A stretch of DNA of 64,000 nucleotides from Nitrosopumilaceae archaeon (GCA_965203465.1 CBDBCR010000001.1:96001-160000); one strand, 5' to 3'. Shown: positions 27,515 through 38,760, counted from the stretch's first letter. Numbers and translations are program-made. The notes: generated from the letters alone by a model not told the origin.

Positions 27515-30500
27515 GTGATTGTTCTGCACGCGGGCGAGCTCGACGGCTCCCTCGCGCTCTGGGGCGAGCTGTCTGACGCGCCCGCGAAAAAGGCACCCAA
27601 GGGCGCCCACCCGTTCTCCGCGGACTGGCAGGAGATTAGGGACGCGCTCGCCGAGCACGGCATGGACGTGCGCCGCAGCCATTCGGTCGCCGGCATCTGG
27701 CTGCCGAGCGTCCGCGGCGCGCCGATCCCGTCGGGCCAGGCTCTGGCGGGCCCGCACAAGAGGGCCGGCCTCAGGCGGTGGGACGTAGAGGCCGCGTGGC
27801 TCTCGCCCGGCGACGCCGCGCGGTTGCTGGCCGCCGCGCGCGGCGGCGGCCCCGTGGCCGGCATGGCCGCCGGCCCCGACTTGGCGTACTGGTCCGACGC
27901 GCTGCGCCTCGCCGCCTCGATGGTGACGCGCCAGCGCGTCCTGCCCGACCTTGTCGAAGAGCACGGCAAGTACAGCGCCGTGTGGCGGCCGGTCCTGGTG
28001 GGCAAGGACTACGAGCGCTTCGCCGCGCTGGCCAAGCGCATGCCGCCGGCCGGCCGCGCGTTCGACCGCGGCACCAAGACGCCCCCCAAGAGCCCGCCGG
28101 CCGAGGCGCTCGGGCGCATCCTCTCGGCTCTGGCAGACCACCTGGTGCGCTCCGCCGCGTCGGCCGCGATGCCGGCCGCGTACTCGCGCCGGCGCCGCTT
28201 CGACAGCGCGCACGACTCGTGGCTGCACGGCCTGAGGGCGGCCGACGGCGTGCTCAACGATTCGGAAGAGGCCGCCGAGCTCGCCGCCAGCGTGCGCGAA
28301 TGGCAGCGGCCCGTCTCGGTCGCGCACGACTCCCCGTTCCGGCTCTGCTTTCGGCTGGAGGAGCCGGAAAACCCGAAGGCCAAGCCCTCGTCGCACGCGT
28401 GGTTCGTCAGGTACCTGATACAGTCCCGCAGCGATCCTAGCCTGACCGTGCCTGCCGGCTCTGCGGGCAGGAAGAACGGGGCCACCGAGGCGCTGGGCAA
28501 GCACGGCCTGCACGCAAAAGAGTTCCTGCTCACGTCGCTGGGGCAGGCCGCCGGCATAGTGGACGGCATGTCCGGCAGGCTCGAAAAGCACGGCCTGCAC
28601 GGGTACTCGCTCGACGCGGCCGGCGCGTACAGGTTCCTGAGCGAGGAGGCGCCGGTCCTGGAGCAGCTGGGGTACGGCATCATCCTGCCCGCGTGGTGGG
28701 TGGGCGGCGGCACAAAGTCCAAGCTCTCGGCGCAGGCAAGCGTCGCCCCGTCCATGCGCGCAAAGGGCAACCTCACCCTCAACTCGATCGTAAAGTTCGA
28801 CTGGAAGCTATCGCTGGGCGGCCAAAAGGTCACCCTCAAGGAGATGCAGGCGCTGGTCAGGGCAAAGTCGCCGCTGGTCAGCATACGCGGGCAGTGGGTC
28901 GAGACCGGCTCGGGTGAGATCCGGCGGGCCGTGGACTTTCTGGCCAAGCAAAAGCGGGGCACCCTGGGCGGCTCTATCATGATGGAGTTCGGCACCAAGC
29001 CGGCGCTCGAAAACCTGGACGTCAGCATGACGAGCCGGGATCCCCGGGTCTCGGACATACTGGGCAGGCTGAGGGGCGACGCGTCCATGGAAAAGCTGCC
29101 GCAGCCGGAGGGGTTTTCGGGCAAGCTGCGCCCCTACCAGAAGCGCGGGTTCTGGTGGCTCGCGTTCCTACAGGAGCTGGGCCTCGGGGGGTGCCTAGCC
29201 GACGACATGGGCCTGGGCAAGACCGTCCAGATGCTGGCGCTGATCCAGAGGTACAGGCGGGAGGGGGGCAAGGGGCCGGTCCTGCTGGTGTGCCCCACGT
29301 CCGTGATGGACAACTGGAGCAAGGAGGCCTCCCGGTTCGCCCCCGAGCTTTCGACGGCGATACACCACGGCGCCGGCAGGAAAAAGAACAAGGCGTTCGC
29401 CAAAGAGGCGGCCGGCTGCGACGTGGTCATAACCAGCTACGCGCTACTGCACCGCGACGTCGGGTTCGTCTCCAAGGTGTGGTGGGGAGGGGCCGTGCTC
29501 GACGAGGCGCAGAACGTAAAGAACCCCTCCACCAAGCAGGCGCGGGCGGTGCGCTCGCTCGACGCCGACTTCCGCTTCGCGCTGACCGGCACGCCCGTGG
29601 AGAACAACGTGGGCGACATCTGGTCCATAATGGAGTTCCTCAACCCGGGGCTGCTGGGCACCCAGGCCGACTTTAAGCGCCGGTTTTTCGTGCCGATACA
29701 CGCGCGCGGGGACGACGGCGCGGCCCGCGCCCTGCGGCACACCCTCGGCCCGTTCATGCTGCGCAGGCTAAAGACGGACAAGTCGATAATCTCGGACCTG
29801 CCCAAAAAGATGGAGATGAACGTGTACTGCTCGCTGACCAAGGAGCAGGCCTCACTGTACGCCTCGGTACTGGCCGACTTGGAGGAAAAGCTCAACTCGG
29901 CCGAGGGCATCGGGCGCAAGGGCCTGATACTGGCGATCCTCTCAAAGCTGAAGCAGGTCTGCAACCACCCGGCGCACTTCCTCAAAGACCGCTCCGCGGT
30001 GCCGGGCAGGTCGGGCAAGCTGGCCAGGCTCACCGAGATGCTCGAGGAGGTGATCGGCGCCGGCGAGCGGGCGCTGGTCTTTACGCAGTTCGTCGAGATG
30101 GGCGAGATCCTCCAAAGGCACCTGCAGGAGACGTTCGGGCGCGAGGTGCTGTTTCTGCACGGCGGCGTGCCCAAGCGGCGGCGCGACGGGATGGTCGAGC
30201 GCTTCCAGGGGGGAGGCAGCAGCGTCCTGATAGTCTCGCTCAAGGCCGGCGGCACGGGGCTGAACCTGACGGCGGCCAACCACGTGTTCCATTTCGACCG
30301 CTGGTGGAACCCGGCCGTGGAAAACCAGGCCACCGACAGGGCCTTCCGCATAGGCCAGAGGCGCAACGTCCACGTGTACAAGATGGTCTGCGTGGGGACC
30401 ATGGAGGAGCACATCGACGACCTGATACGGAGCAAGAAAAAGATCTCCGAGACGGTGGTAGGCGCCGGCGAGGGGTGGCTCACCGAGATGTCCAACAGGG

Positions 30501-30547
30501 ACATAAGCCATGTCCTGGCCCTGAGCGGGGAGGCCACCCGGATATGA
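27515..30547 (+). CDS. SNF2-family ATPase/helicase (long N-terminal region)
   Basis: LADDMGLGKT, DEAQ, LTGTPVEN, SLKAGGTGLNLT, QATDRAFRIGQ; start reassigned to GTG 27515 downstream of TTATTTA. Confidence 0.93.
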   Translation: MIVLHAGELDGSLALWGELSDAPAKKAPKGAHPFSADWQEIRDALAEHGMDVRRSHSVAGIWLPSVRGAPIPSGQALAGPHKRAGLRRWDVEAAWLSPGDAARLLAAARGGGPVAGMAAGPDLAYWSDALRLAASMVTRQRVLPDLVEEHGKYSAVWRPVLVGKDYERFAALAKRMPPAGRAFDRGTKTPPKSPPAEALGRILSALADHLVRSAASAAMPAAYSRRRRFDSAHDSWLHGLRAADGVLNDSEEAAELAASVREWQRPVSVAHDSPFRLCFRLEEPENPKAKPSSHAWFVRYLIQSRSDPSLTVPAGSAGRKNGATEALGKHGLHAKEFLLTSLGQAAGIVDGMSGRLEKHGLHGYSLDAAGAYRFLSEEAPVLEQLGYGIILPAWWVGGGTKSKLSAQASVAPSMRAKGNLTLNSIVKFDWKLSLGGQKVTLKEMQALVRAKSPLVSIRGQWVETGSGEIRRAVDFLAKQKRGTLGGSIMMEFGTKPALENLDVSMTSRDPRVSDILGRLRGDASMEKLPQPEGFSGKLRPYQKRGFWWLAFLQELGLGGCLADDMGLGKTVQMLALIQRYRREGGKGPVLLVCPTSVMDNWSKEASRFAPELSTAIHHGAGRKKNKAFAKEAAGCDVVITSYALLHRDVGFVSKVWWGGAVLDEAQNVKNPSTKQARAVRSLDADFRFALTGTPVENNVGDIWSIMEFLNPGLLGTQADFKRRFFVPIHARGDDGAARALRHTLGPFMLRRLKTDKSIISDLPKKMEMNVYCSLTKEQASLYASVLADLEEKLNSAEGIGRKGLILAILSKLKQVCNHPAHFLKDRSAVPGRSGKLARLTEMLEEVIGAGERALVFTQFVEMGEILQRHLQETFGREVLFLHGGVPKRRRDGMVERFQGGGSSVLIVSLKAGGTGLNLTAANHVFHFDRWWNPAVENQATDRAFRIGQRRNVHVYKMVCVGTMEEHIDDLIRSKKKISETVVGAGEGWLTEMSNRDISHVLALSGEATRI

Positions 30548-31419
30548 TGTACTTTTACCCGCCCTCCAAGCCCCGCAGGGTGAAGGGCGGCATAAAGGCG
30601 CAGGCGCGCGGCGGCAAGTCCGGCGCCAGCTGGTGGGCCAGGCGGTGGCTCGCGCTGCTCGACGACTTTGACATCGGCGCGAGGATGAGCCGCGGCAGGT
30701 CGTACGCGCGCCACGGCCAGGTGACGGATCTTGAAATATCGGGCGGCCGGGCCAGCGCGTCGGTGCAGGGTTCCATGTCGGAGGCCTACCAGGTCAGCAT
30801 CGGGTTCGAGGTTATCGGGGAGCGGCAGTGGAAGGAGCTGGCCCGGGAGCTGTTCTCAAAACCGGCCGCGGCGGCCAGCCTGCTGGCCGGGCGCATGCCG
30901 GAGGACGTCGAAAAGTCGTTCAAGGCCGCCGGCCTGCACCTCTTCCCGCGCAGGGGATCCGATCTGGACACAGAGTGCTCGTGCCCGGACTGGTCCAACC
31001 CGTGCAAGCACACGGTGGCCGTCTTTTACCTGCTGGCAGAAGAGTTCGAGCGCGACCCGTTCCTCATATTCAAGCTGCGCGGCTCGGGCAGAAAAGAGCT
31101 CGTAAAGATGGTGAAACTCGGCTCGGCGCGCAAGGCCGGGCCGCGCCCCGGGCCGCCGGGCCCCGCGCTGGACGAGCGGCCCGAGCCGCTGCCCTCGGAT
31201 CCGGGCAAGTTCTGGGGGCAGGAGGCGGGCAGGTACGACCCGGGCGACGCGTTCGTCCCCAAGATACCGGCGGCGCTGCCCAAGCAGCTGGGCAACTTCC
31301 CCTTTTGGCGGGGGGAGGAGGAGTTCATGGAGGCCATGGAAAAGGCCTACCAGGGCGCCTCGGAGGCCGGCATGGACGCCCTGCTGGGCGAGGACGGCGG
31401 CAGGGGGCGCCGCGCGTAG
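30544..31419 (+). CDS. SWIM zinc-finger protein
   Basis: RMSRGRSYARHGQV, VQGS, CSCPDWSNPCKH, DPFLIFKLRG; ATGA overlap with SNF2. Confidence 0.9.
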   Translation: MMYFYPPSKPRRVKGGIKAQARGGKSGASWWARRWLALLDDFDIGARMSRGRSYARHGQVTDLEISGGRASASVQGSMSEAYQVSIGFEVIGERQWKELARELFSKPAAAASLLAGRMPEDVEKSFKAAGLHLFPRRGSDLDTECSCPDWSNPCKHTVAVFYLLAEEFERDPFLIFKLRGSGRKELVKMVKLGSARKAGPRPGPPGPALDERPEPLPSDPGKFWGQEAGRYDPGDAFVPKIPAALPKQLGNFPFWRGEEEFMEAMEKAYQGASEAGMDALLGEDGGRGRRA

Positions 31420-31537
31420 CGCCCGGCGGCCCCGCGGGGCCCGGATCCGGCCCCGCGGCGCGGCCCGTTCCAAGATCGTAGAGCCAGGCGGCCATTGGCA
31501 AGGTATAAAACAGCCCCTTTGGAGGCCGCGTGCGTAC

Positions 31538-33226
31538 ATGAGCGCCACGAGCAAAGGCACCATGCCGGTAGTCCTGCTCAAAGAGGGATCTACCGAAAAC
31601 AAGGGCCGCGACGCGCAGAAGAACAACATCTCTGCATGCAAGATCATAGCCGAGATCGTCCACACCAGCCTCGGGCCGCGGGGCATGGACAAGATGCTCG
31701 TGGATTCGCTGGGCGACGTCACCATAACCAACGACGGCGCCACGATCCTCAAGGAGATAGACGTGCAGCACCCGGCCGCCAAGATGATGGTCGAGGTCTC
31801 AAAGACGACCGACAACGAGGTCGGCGACGGCACCACCTCGGCGGTGGTCTTGGGCGGATCCCTGCTGGAGAACGCAGAATCGCTCATCGAGCAGGACGTC
31901 CACCCGACCGTCATCGTGGACGGCTACCGCAAGGCGGGCAAAAAGGCGGCCCAGTACCTAAAGGACATATCGGACAAGGTGGAGGCCTCGGACAAGTCCA
32001 TCCTAAAGAGGATAGCAAAGACCTCGATGCAGACCAAACTGGTCCGCAGGGATTCGGACATGCTCGCCGACATGGTGGTAAAGGCGGTCACCACGGTGGC
32101 CGGCAAGGAGGGCGAGGCGTACTCTATCGACACCGACGACATAAAGGTGGAGAAAAAGGCCGGCGCGTCGATCTCGGATTCTGCGATGATAAAGGGCGTG
32201 GTGCTGGACAAGGAGATCGTGCGCGCCGACATGCAAAAGCGCGTCTCGGGCGCCCGCATAGCGCTGGTCAGCGCGGCGCTGGAGATAAACAAGACCGAGA
32301 CGGACGCAAAGATCAACATCCAGAACCCGCAGCAGATGAAGAGCTTTCTGGACGAGGAGAACCGCATGCTCAAGAACATGGTAGACAAGGTCATAGGCTC
32401 GGGCGCCAACGTGGTGCTCTGCCAAAAGGGCATTGACGACATGGCCCAGCACTACCTGGCAAAGGCCGGCGTGGTGGCCGTGCGCCGCGTCAAGGAGAGC
32501 GATCTTACAAAACTGGCAAAGGCGACGGGCGCGCGCATCGTGAACAACCTGGACGATCTGTTCGAAAAGGACTTGGGCGCGGCCGAGACCGTCGAGGAGC
32601 GCAAGATAGAGGAGGACCGCTGGGTCTTCGTCGAAGGGTGCAGGCACCCGCGCGCCGTGACGGTGCTGCTGCGCGGCGGCTCGCAGAGGGTCGTAGACGA
32701 GGTGGAGCGCTCCATCAACGACGCCGTAATGGTGGTAAAGGACGTGATGGAGGATCCGTCCATCGTGGCCGGCGGCGGGGCCCCCGAGACGTACGCGGCC
32801 ACAAAGCTGCGCGGCTGGGCAAAGTCGCTAGAGGGCCGCGAGCAGCTGGCCGTCGAAAAGTTCGCCGACGCGCTCGAATCCATCCCACTGGCCCTAGCCG
32901 AGAACGCCGGCATGGATCCGATAGACACGCTTGCCGCGCTGCGCTCGCGCCAGATGCGCGACGAAAAGTGGACCGGCATCGACGTGATGCGCGCGCGCGT
33001 CTCCAACATGAAGTCGGGCGACATTGTCGAGCCGCTGGCCGTAAAGCAGCAGGTGGTCTCCGCCGCCACCGAGGCCGCCTGCATGGTGCTGCGCATCGAC
33101 GATGTGGTGGTTACCGCAAAGTCTCCGTCCCCGCCTCCGGGCGGCGAGGGAGGCGGAATGGGCGGCGGCATGGGAGGCATGCCCGGTATGGGCGGCGGGA
33201 TGCCCGACATGGGCGGCATGATGTGA
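31538..33226 (+). CDS. ths: Thermosome (group II chaperonin) subunit
   Basis: SLGPRGMDKM, TNDGATIL, GDGTTS, GGM-rich tail. Confidence 0.97.
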   Translation: MSATSKGTMPVVLLKEGSTENKGRDAQKNNISACKIIAEIVHTSLGPRGMDKMLVDSLGDVTITNDGATILKEIDVQHPAAKMMVEVSKTTDNEVGDGTTSAVVLGGSLLENAESLIEQDVHPTVIVDGYRKAGKKAAQYLKDISDKVEASDKSILKRIAKTSMQTKLVRRDSDMLADMVVKAVTTVAGKEGEAYSIDTDDIKVEKKAGASISDSAMIKGVVLDKEIVRADMQKRVSGARIALVSAALEINKTETDAKINIQNPQQMKSFLDEENRMLKNMVDKVIGSGANVVLCQKGIDDMAQHYLAKAGVVAVRRVKESDLTKLAKATGARIVNNLDDLFEKDLGAAETVEERKIEEDRWVFVEGCRHPRAVTVLLRGGSQRVVDEVERSINDAVMVVKDVMEDPSIVAGGGAPETYAATKLRGWAKSLEGREQLAVEKFADALESIPLALAENAGMDPIDTLAALRSRQMRDEKWTGIDVMRARVSNMKSGDIVEPLAVKQQVVSAATEAACMVLRIDDVVVTAKSPSPPPGGEGGGMGGGMGGMPGMGGGMPDMGGMM

Positions 33227-33510
33227 TCCCGCCCGGACTGGTCACGAAGCGGCGCGTTTTGGCGTCGGCGTACATAGCGGCGATGGTCGTGATGCTCTCC
33301 GGGACTTTCGCGCCGGCCGCGCGCGACACGCCCTGGGGTCCGGCCCTCGCCGGCGTGGGCATTCTGGCGCTGGCGGCCGCGGGCATGGCGGTCGTGTTTT
33401 TTGGGTTGCGAAGCGGCCGCCTTTGGGTCTCGGTAGTGTCGGCGGCCGCGGGCGTGGCGCTGGTCGCCAGGGCGGCGTGGCTCGTGTTGTACTTTGGGTA
33501 TCTATCCTAG
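33223..33510 (+). CDS. Small three-TM membrane protein
   Basis: Three hydrophobic segments; fills the gap between ths and glnA. Confidence 0.55.
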   Translation: MIPPGLVTKRRVLASAYIAAMVVMLSGTFAPAARDTPWGPALAGVGILALAAAGMAVVFFGLRSGRLWVSVVSAAAGVALVARAAWLVLYFGYLS

Positions 33511-34964
33511 ACGTCAAAGTACAGGTAGAACTCGTGCGGGTGCGGCCTGACGGCTATCTCGCGGTGCTCTTTCCTTTCTATGGATATGAGCGTGTCTATC
33601 ACGTCGTCCGTGAATATGGGCAGCAGGAACTTGCGGTCGCTTTCCAGCTCGTCGAGCGCCTCGCCTAGGTTGGCCGGCAGCACCCCGATGCCGCGCTTTT
33701 TACGCTCGGCCTTTGTCATCTTGAAAATGTCCTCCTTTACCTGGTCGCCCGGGTCGGTCTTTTTCTTGACGCCGTCCAGGCCGGCGGCGAGCACCGCCGA
33801 GAACACCAGGTACGGGTTGGCGGACGGGTCCGGGGCGCGGAACTCTAGCCTCTTGAGGTGCGCGTAGCCGGCCCCCTTGAAGTGCTTGGGGACGCGCACG
33901 ATGGCGGACCTGTTGCTCGCGCTCCAGGCGATGTACACGGGCGCCTCGTAGCCGGGCACCAGCCTGTGGTACGAATTCGTGGTGGGGTTGGATATGGCAG
34001 AGAGCGCCCTCGCGTGGGATATTATCCCGCCGCAAAAGTACCTGCCCGTCTGGCTCAGCTCGTCCTCGGCGTCGGCGTCGTAGAACGCGTTCTCCTTGTT
34101 CTTCCAGAGGCTCACGTTGGTGTGCATCCCCGAGCCCGAATCCATCGATATGGGCTTTGGCATCATGGTCGCTATCTTGCCGTACTTTTGGGCTATGTTG
34201 CGTATGACGAACTTGTACGACTGCGTAGAGTCGGCCGAGTTGGTGAGCTTGTCGTACATGATGTCTATCTCGCACTGCCCGGCGGTGGCCACCTCGTGGT
34301 GGTGGTTGTCGCACAGTATCCCAAAGTCCTCCGTCAGCACGTTGACGCACTCGTTGCGGAACGGCGTGAGCGTGTCCGACGGCGTGCTCGGATAGTACCC
34401 CTCCTGCAGGCCCATGGGGTACCCGCGCCCCTCGTCGCTCCACGGGGCCTCCGCGGACTTTATGCTGTACGACTGCCCCTTGTACGGGGTCAGCACGTCC
34501 CAGTGGACCTCGTCAAAGACGAAAAACTCCACCTCGGGCCCCCAGTTGCTGTCGAAGCCCTGCGTCTTTAGGTACTTTTCGGCCTTTTGCGAGATGCCGC
34601 GCGGATCCCGGCCGAGCCTCCCCCTGCCCTGGCCCCAGTGCACGTCGCAGATGAGCCGCGCCGTCTTGTTGTCCTCGTACCAGGGTATCTTTGCGTACGT
34701 GTTGGGGTCCGGCTTTAGTATCAGGTCCGAATCGTCTATGCTGGTAAAGCCGACTATGGACGAGCCGTCGAGTTTGGGCAGGCCGTCGGCCATCTGCCCG
34801 CGGGTGAACGTGGCGGCCTGGATGGTGGTGTGGTGGTACCTCCCGGTCAGGCTGGTGAACTGCAGGTCTACGAACTTTATCCCGTCGTGCTGGATCATGG
34901 AAAAGACCTCGTCGGGCGAGTACGTTATGGCCTTTGGCTTGCCGTGGCTTATCTTGTATGGCAA
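33507..34964 (-). CDS. glnA: Glutamine synthetase type I (probably housekeeping copy)
   Basis: DGSSI, GPEVEFF, HHEVATAGQCE, SGSGMH, RLVPGYEAP, NRSA, EFRAPD; TTG start at 34964. Confidence 0.95.
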   Translation of the reverse strand: MPYKISHGKPKAITYSPDEVFSMIQHDGIKFVDLQFTSLTGRYHHTTIQAATFTRGQMADGLPKLDGSSIVGFTSIDDSDLILKPDPNTYAKIPWYEDNKTARLICDVHWGQGRGRLGRDPRGISQKAEKYLKTQGFDSNWGPEVEFFVFDEVHWDVLTPYKGQSYSIKSAEAPWSDEGRGYPMGLQEGYYPSTPSDTLTPFRNECVNVLTEDFGILCDNHHHEVATAGQCEIDIMYDKLTNSADSTQSYKFVIRNIAQKYGKIATMMPKPISMDSGSGMHTNVSLWKNKENAFYDADAEDELSQTGRYFCGGIISHARALSAISNPTTNSYHRLVPGYEAPVYIAWSASNRSAIVRVPKHFKGAGYAHLKRLEFRAPDPSANPYLVFSAVLAAGLDGVKKKTDPGDQVKEDIFKMTKAERKKRGIGVLPANLGEALDELESDRKFLLPIFTDDVIDTLISIERKEHREIAVRPHPHEFYLYFDV

Positions 34965-35028
34965 ATTCGGCCTGCCGCGGCGCGGCCGGCATTTAAGGAT
35001 TATTAGCGGGTGCGCCCAGCAGTACCCC

Positions 35029-35574
35029 GTGTCGGAGCAGGACGTGACCCTGGCCTCGCTGCACCACATGGCGCAGCGCGAGATAGAGGAGGACGGCATA
35101 CGGGAGCTGGAGCCGGGCACCCTGGGCCGGATAGCCGGGTTCATCGAGGGGGTGCGCTCGGCCGAGTACGGCCAGGCGGGCAACGGGGTGCGAGATTCGA
35201 TGGCGGCCATGGCCGCCGACCTCGCCGACCTGCTGGTCAACACGCGCATATCCAAGGCCCGCTCGGGCGCGCCGCGCGCCAACCTGACCGACGAGGAGCG
35301 CTACGTCTTCGAGATGTCCGAATCCTCGCAGGAGCGCCTCGACGAGGTGCTCTCGGCGGTCGCCCAGGGGCGGCCCGGCCTGCTCGATTCGCTGGCCGAG
35401 CGGCACCGGGCCAGGATCGTCACGGTGCGGTTTCTGTCCGACGTCGACGAGTTCGTCGGCTCGGACGCGGGCGCCTACGGGCCGTTCAAGGCCGAGGACG
35501 TGGCCACGGTCCCGTACAACAACGCCGAGGCGCTCGTCGCCAGCGGGTCGGCCGCGCGCGTGCGGGCTAGGTAA
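35029..35574 (+). CDS. GINS subunit (Gins15-like)
   Basis: RISKA...NLTDEER A-domain; VRFLSDVDEFVGSD...YGPFKAEDVATVP B-domain. Confidence 0.8.
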   Translation: MSEQDVTLASLHHMAQREIEEDGIRELEPGTLGRIAGFIEGVRSAEYGQAGNGVRDSMAAMAADLADLLVNTRISKARSGAPRANLTDEERYVFEMSESSQERLDEVLSAVAQGRPGLLDSLAERHRARIVTVRFLSDVDEFVGSDAGAYGPFKAEDVATVPYNNAEALVASGSAARVRAR

Positions 35575-35600
35575 AAATTATCCGCCGCCCGGGCGCGGCC

Positions 35601-35882
35601 GTGTCCCACACGGGCGTCGAGGTGTTCGACTTTCTGCTGCTCACCGTGTACCCGGTGGCCGGGCTGCTCGCGGTGGAGCTTGCGTGCAGGGGAGTGCGCG
35701 CGCCAAAGTGGGCAAAGCTGTGGGCGCAGGCGGCAGTCTCGGTCGGCTTTGCCGTCGCGTACCTTACGTTTCCCGGGGATCAGAGCCTGCCGCTGACCGC
35801 CGCGGTCCTGCTGGCGCTCGCGGTCGCGCTCGCGTACCAGGGGCGGCGCGCGCGCGTATCGCCGGAAAAGTCGCCCTACTAG
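35601..35882 (+). CDS. Small membrane protein
   Basis: Three hydrophobic helices. Confidence 0.65.
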   Translation: MSHTGVEVFDFLLLTVYPVAGLLAVELACRGVRAPKWAKLWAQAAVSVGFAVAYLTFPGDQSLPLTAAVLLALAVALAYQGRRARVSPEKSPY

Positions 35883-36103
35883 CCGAACCTGCCGAAGATG
35901 CGGCGCAGGAAGTTGGGCCTGTCCCTGCCGCCGTCGCGTATTATCTTGGTCTCCCCGAACCTTCTTGCCCTGATCTGGGTGAGCTTTACGCACCGGTGCT
36001 CCTCGGGCAGCCTGTGCTCGGGGCAGAAACTGTCCCTGCAGTAGTTGCAGTGGAACGGCATGTCGGTCTCGTCGCCGCAGTACGCGCACTCTTCGAGCTT
36101 CAC
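35879..36103 (-). CDS. AN1-type zinc finger protein
   Basis: CAYC...PFHCNYC...FCPEHRLPEEHRC. Confidence 0.9.
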   Translation of the reverse strand: MKLEECAYCGDETDMPFHCNYCRDSFCPEHRLPEEHRCVKLTQIRARRFGETKIIRDGGRDRPNFLRRIFGRFG

Positions 36104-36152
36104 GGCCGGCCCTCGCGCCGCCGGGTTTTAAAAAGTTAGGCCCAGCCCCGGT

Positions 36153-37865
36153 TCAGAACAGCTTGTACAGGCGGCCCATGGGCACGCTTTTGGCCGGCTC
36201 CGCCGTGGCCGCCTTGCCGTCCACCCTCACCTCGTAGGTCTCGGGGTTTACTGTTATCCGGGGGGCGAGGTCGTTGTGGAGCATGTCCTTTTTTCCCACC
36301 GACCGGCACCCCTCGACGGGGACCAGCTCCTTGTGCGTGTCCAGCTTTGAGGCCAGCCCCGACTCCAGGGCCAGTTTCGAGGTGAACGTGACCGAGACGG
36401 ACTGCTTGGCCCGGCCCAGGGCCCCGAACATGGGCCTGTGGTAGACGGGCTCGACGGTCGGTATCGAGGCGTTGGGATCCCCCATGAGCGCGTAGGCTAT
36501 CATGCCGCCCTTTATGACCAGCTTTGGGCGCACGCCGAAAAACTGCGGCGTCCAGACCACGATGTCGGCGAGCTTGCCCGGCTCGAGCGACCCCACGTGG
36601 GCGGAGATCCCGTGGGTTATGGCGGGGTTGATTGTTATCTTTGCCAGGTACCTCTTGGCGCGCAGGTTGTCGCTGCCGGGCCGCTCGCCGGCAAGCGGGC
36701 CCGCGGACCTTTTCATCTTGTCGGCAGTCTGCCAGTTGCGGACCGTCACCTCGCCCACGCGCCCCATGGCCTGGCTGTCCGAGGACATCATGCTCAATAC
36801 CCCCATGTCGTGGAGAACGTCTTCGGCTGCGATCGTCTCGCCGCGTATCCGGGATTCTGCGAATTCGACGTCCTCGGGGACCGAGGGGTTGAGGTGGTGG
36901 CAGACCATCATCATGTCCAGGTGCTCCGAGAGCGTGTTCGCGGTGTACGGCCTGGTAGGGTTGGTCGAGGAGGGCAGCACGTTGGGCTCGCCGGCTATGC
37001 GCATGATGTCGGGCGCGTGGCCGCCGCCGGCGCCCTCGGTGTGGTAGGTGTGTATGGTGCGGCCGGCGATTGCCGCTATGGTGTCGTCTACGAAACCGCA
37101 CTCGTTGAGCGTGTCGGTGTGGATGGCCACCTGCGTGTCGGTCCTGTCGGCCACGCGCAGCGCCGCGTCTATGGTGGCCGGCGTGGTGCCCCAGTCCTCG
37201 TGCAGTTTCAGGCCGCAGGCGCCGGCTGCCACCTGCTCCATCAGGGGCTCCTCGCGCGCGTCGTTGCCCTTGCACAGAAACCCCATGTTGAGCGGGAACT
37301 CTTCGGCGGCCTCGATCATCCTGCGGATGTTCCACTCGCCGGGCGTGCAGGTGGTCGCGCGCGTCCCGTCGGCCGGGCCGGTGCCGCCGCCTATCATGGT
37401 GGTAGTGCCGCCGCAGACGGCCTCGAACGCCTGCTGCGGAGATATGAAGTGCACGTGCGAATCGACCGCGCCGGGCGTGCATATGGCGTGCTCGCCCGAG
37501 ATCACCTCCGTGCTCGACGATACGGTCATGTCCACGCCGTCCATGATGTCGGGGTTGCCCGCGTGCCCCACGCCGGCTATCCTGCCGTCGCGTATGCCGA
37601 TGTCGGCCTTTAGTATGCCGAGGACCGGATCCATCACTATCGCGTTGGTGATGACCGCGTCGAGCGAGCCGGCGCGGGGCGCGCCGGAGGCCTGCGCCAT
37701 GCCGTCCCTGACGCTCTTGCCCCCGCCAAAGACCGCCTCGTCGCCGTACCTGCCCAGGTCCTTTTCGATCTCTATGAAGAGCTCCGTGTCGGCCAGGCGC
37801 ACCCTGTCGCCCGTGGTGGGCCCGAACAGGCTCGCGTACCTTTCGCGCGGTATCGACAGGGTCAC
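36153..37865 (-). CDS. ureC: Urease alpha subunit
   Basis: [41 protein letters not shown]. Confidence 0.98.
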   Translation of the reverse strand: MTLSIPRERYASLFGPTTGDRVRLADTELFIEIEKDLGRYGDEAVFGGGKSVRDGMAQASGAPRAGSLDAVITNAIVMDPVLGILKADIGIRDGRIAGVGHAGNPDIMDGVDMTVSSSTEVISGEHAICTPGAVDSHVHFISPQQAFEAVCGGTTTMIGGGTGPADGTRATTCTPGEWNIRRMIEAAEEFPLNMGFLCKGNDAREEPLMEQVAAGACGLKLHEDWGTTPATIDAALRVADRTDTQVAIHTDTLNECGFVDDTIAAIAGRTIHTYHTEGAGGGHAPDIMRIAGEPNVLPSSTNPTRPYTANTLSEHLDMMMVCHHLNPSVPEDVEFAESRIRGETIAAEDVLHDMGVLSMMSSDSQAMGRVGEVTVRNWQTADKMKRSAGPLAGERPGSDNLRAKRYLAKITINPAITHGISAHVGSLEPGKLADIVVWTPQFFGVRPKLVIKGGMIAYALMGDPNASIPTVEPVYHRPMFGALGRAKQSVSVTFTSKLALESGLASKLDTHKELVPVEGCRSVGKKDMLHNDLAPRITVNPETYEVRVDGKAATAEPAKSVPMGRLYKLF

Positions 37866-38224
37866 GCAAAGCCCCCCTCTTTGGCGCGCCGCAGGGCCTC
37901 TTCCTCGTTTCCGTCCAGCGGGCCGTTGACCAGCCCGCTGAACCCGTACACGGCCCGCCTGCCCGCGTAGTCTACCAGCTCCACCTCCTTGGTGTCGCCC
38001 GGCTCGAACCGCACGGAAGTGCCCGCCGGTATGTTTAGGTGGCGCCCGTACGCCTCTTTCCTGTCGAAGGAAAGCCCCTTGTTGACCTCGAAAAAGTGCG
38101 TGTGCGATCCCACTTGGACGGGCCTGTCGCCCTTGTTGGAGACGCGCACCGACGCGGTGTTTCTTCCGGCGTTGGCCTTGATGTCGCCGTCCGCCAAAAG
38201 ATACTCGCCCGGCTTCAACGTCAC
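37862..38224 (-). CDS. ureB: Urease beta subunit
   Basis: PGEY...[19 protein letters not shown]...[13 protein letters not shown]. Confidence 0.96.
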   Translation of the reverse strand: MTLKPGEYLLADGDIKANAGRNTASVRVSNKGDRPVQVGSHTHFFEVNKGLSFDRKEAYGRHLNIPAGTSVRFEPGDTKEVELVDYAGRRAVYGFSGLVNGPLDGNEEEALRRAKEGGFA

Positions 38225-38520
38225 ACCACCGGGTCGTGGACGGTGACCAGCTTCGTGCCGTCCTCGAACGTCGCCTCTACCTGTATCGACCGTATCAGGT
38301 CTGCCACCCCGGGCAGCACGTCCTCCTTGGATACCACGCCCCTGCCCGAGCTCATCAGCTCCGATACGGACCTGCCGTCGCGCGCCCCCTCCATTATGTG
38401 GTCGGCTATCAGGGCCGAGGCCTCCGGGTGGTTGAGTTTCAGCCCGCGCTCTTTCCTGCGCCGCGCGAGCTGGGCCGCCACGAACACGTTCAGCTTGTCC
38501 GCATCGCCGGGGGCAAACAC
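38221..38520 (-). CDS. ureA: Urease gamma subunit
   Basis: GLKLNHPEA...GARDG...[18 protein letters not shown]; GTG start at 38520 with TTATATA upstream. Confidence 0.95.
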   Translation of the reverse strand: MFAPGDADKLNVFVAAQLARRRKERGLKLNHPEASALIADHIMEGARDGRSVSELMSSGRGVVSKEDVLPGVADLIRSIQVEATFEDGTKLVTVHDPVV

Positions 38521-38760
38521 GGGGGTGCTTGGGCGCTGCCGTATATAACAAATTCTGGAGATGCGGGCTTTGCGAATCTGGGCGCGGCGTTTGCCTGCGT
38601 CGGGGCCGCGCCCCTGCCTGACGGACGCCTTTTGTTTCGATGCTCGGCGGAAGGGGTGGATCTTGTGCCCCCGTCTTGCTGGCAGCCCGAACGCGTACTC
38701 CCGCATCGGTTATGTCCAAAATATAGTATCGGAGGTTGATTTTCGGTAAAGATCTAAATA

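Noticed and set aside
31420-31470. GC palindromes after the SWIM gene as a terminator or mobile repeat
   Set aside because: Expected in very GC-rich spacers; no U-tract, and no convincing dispersed copies of the full element
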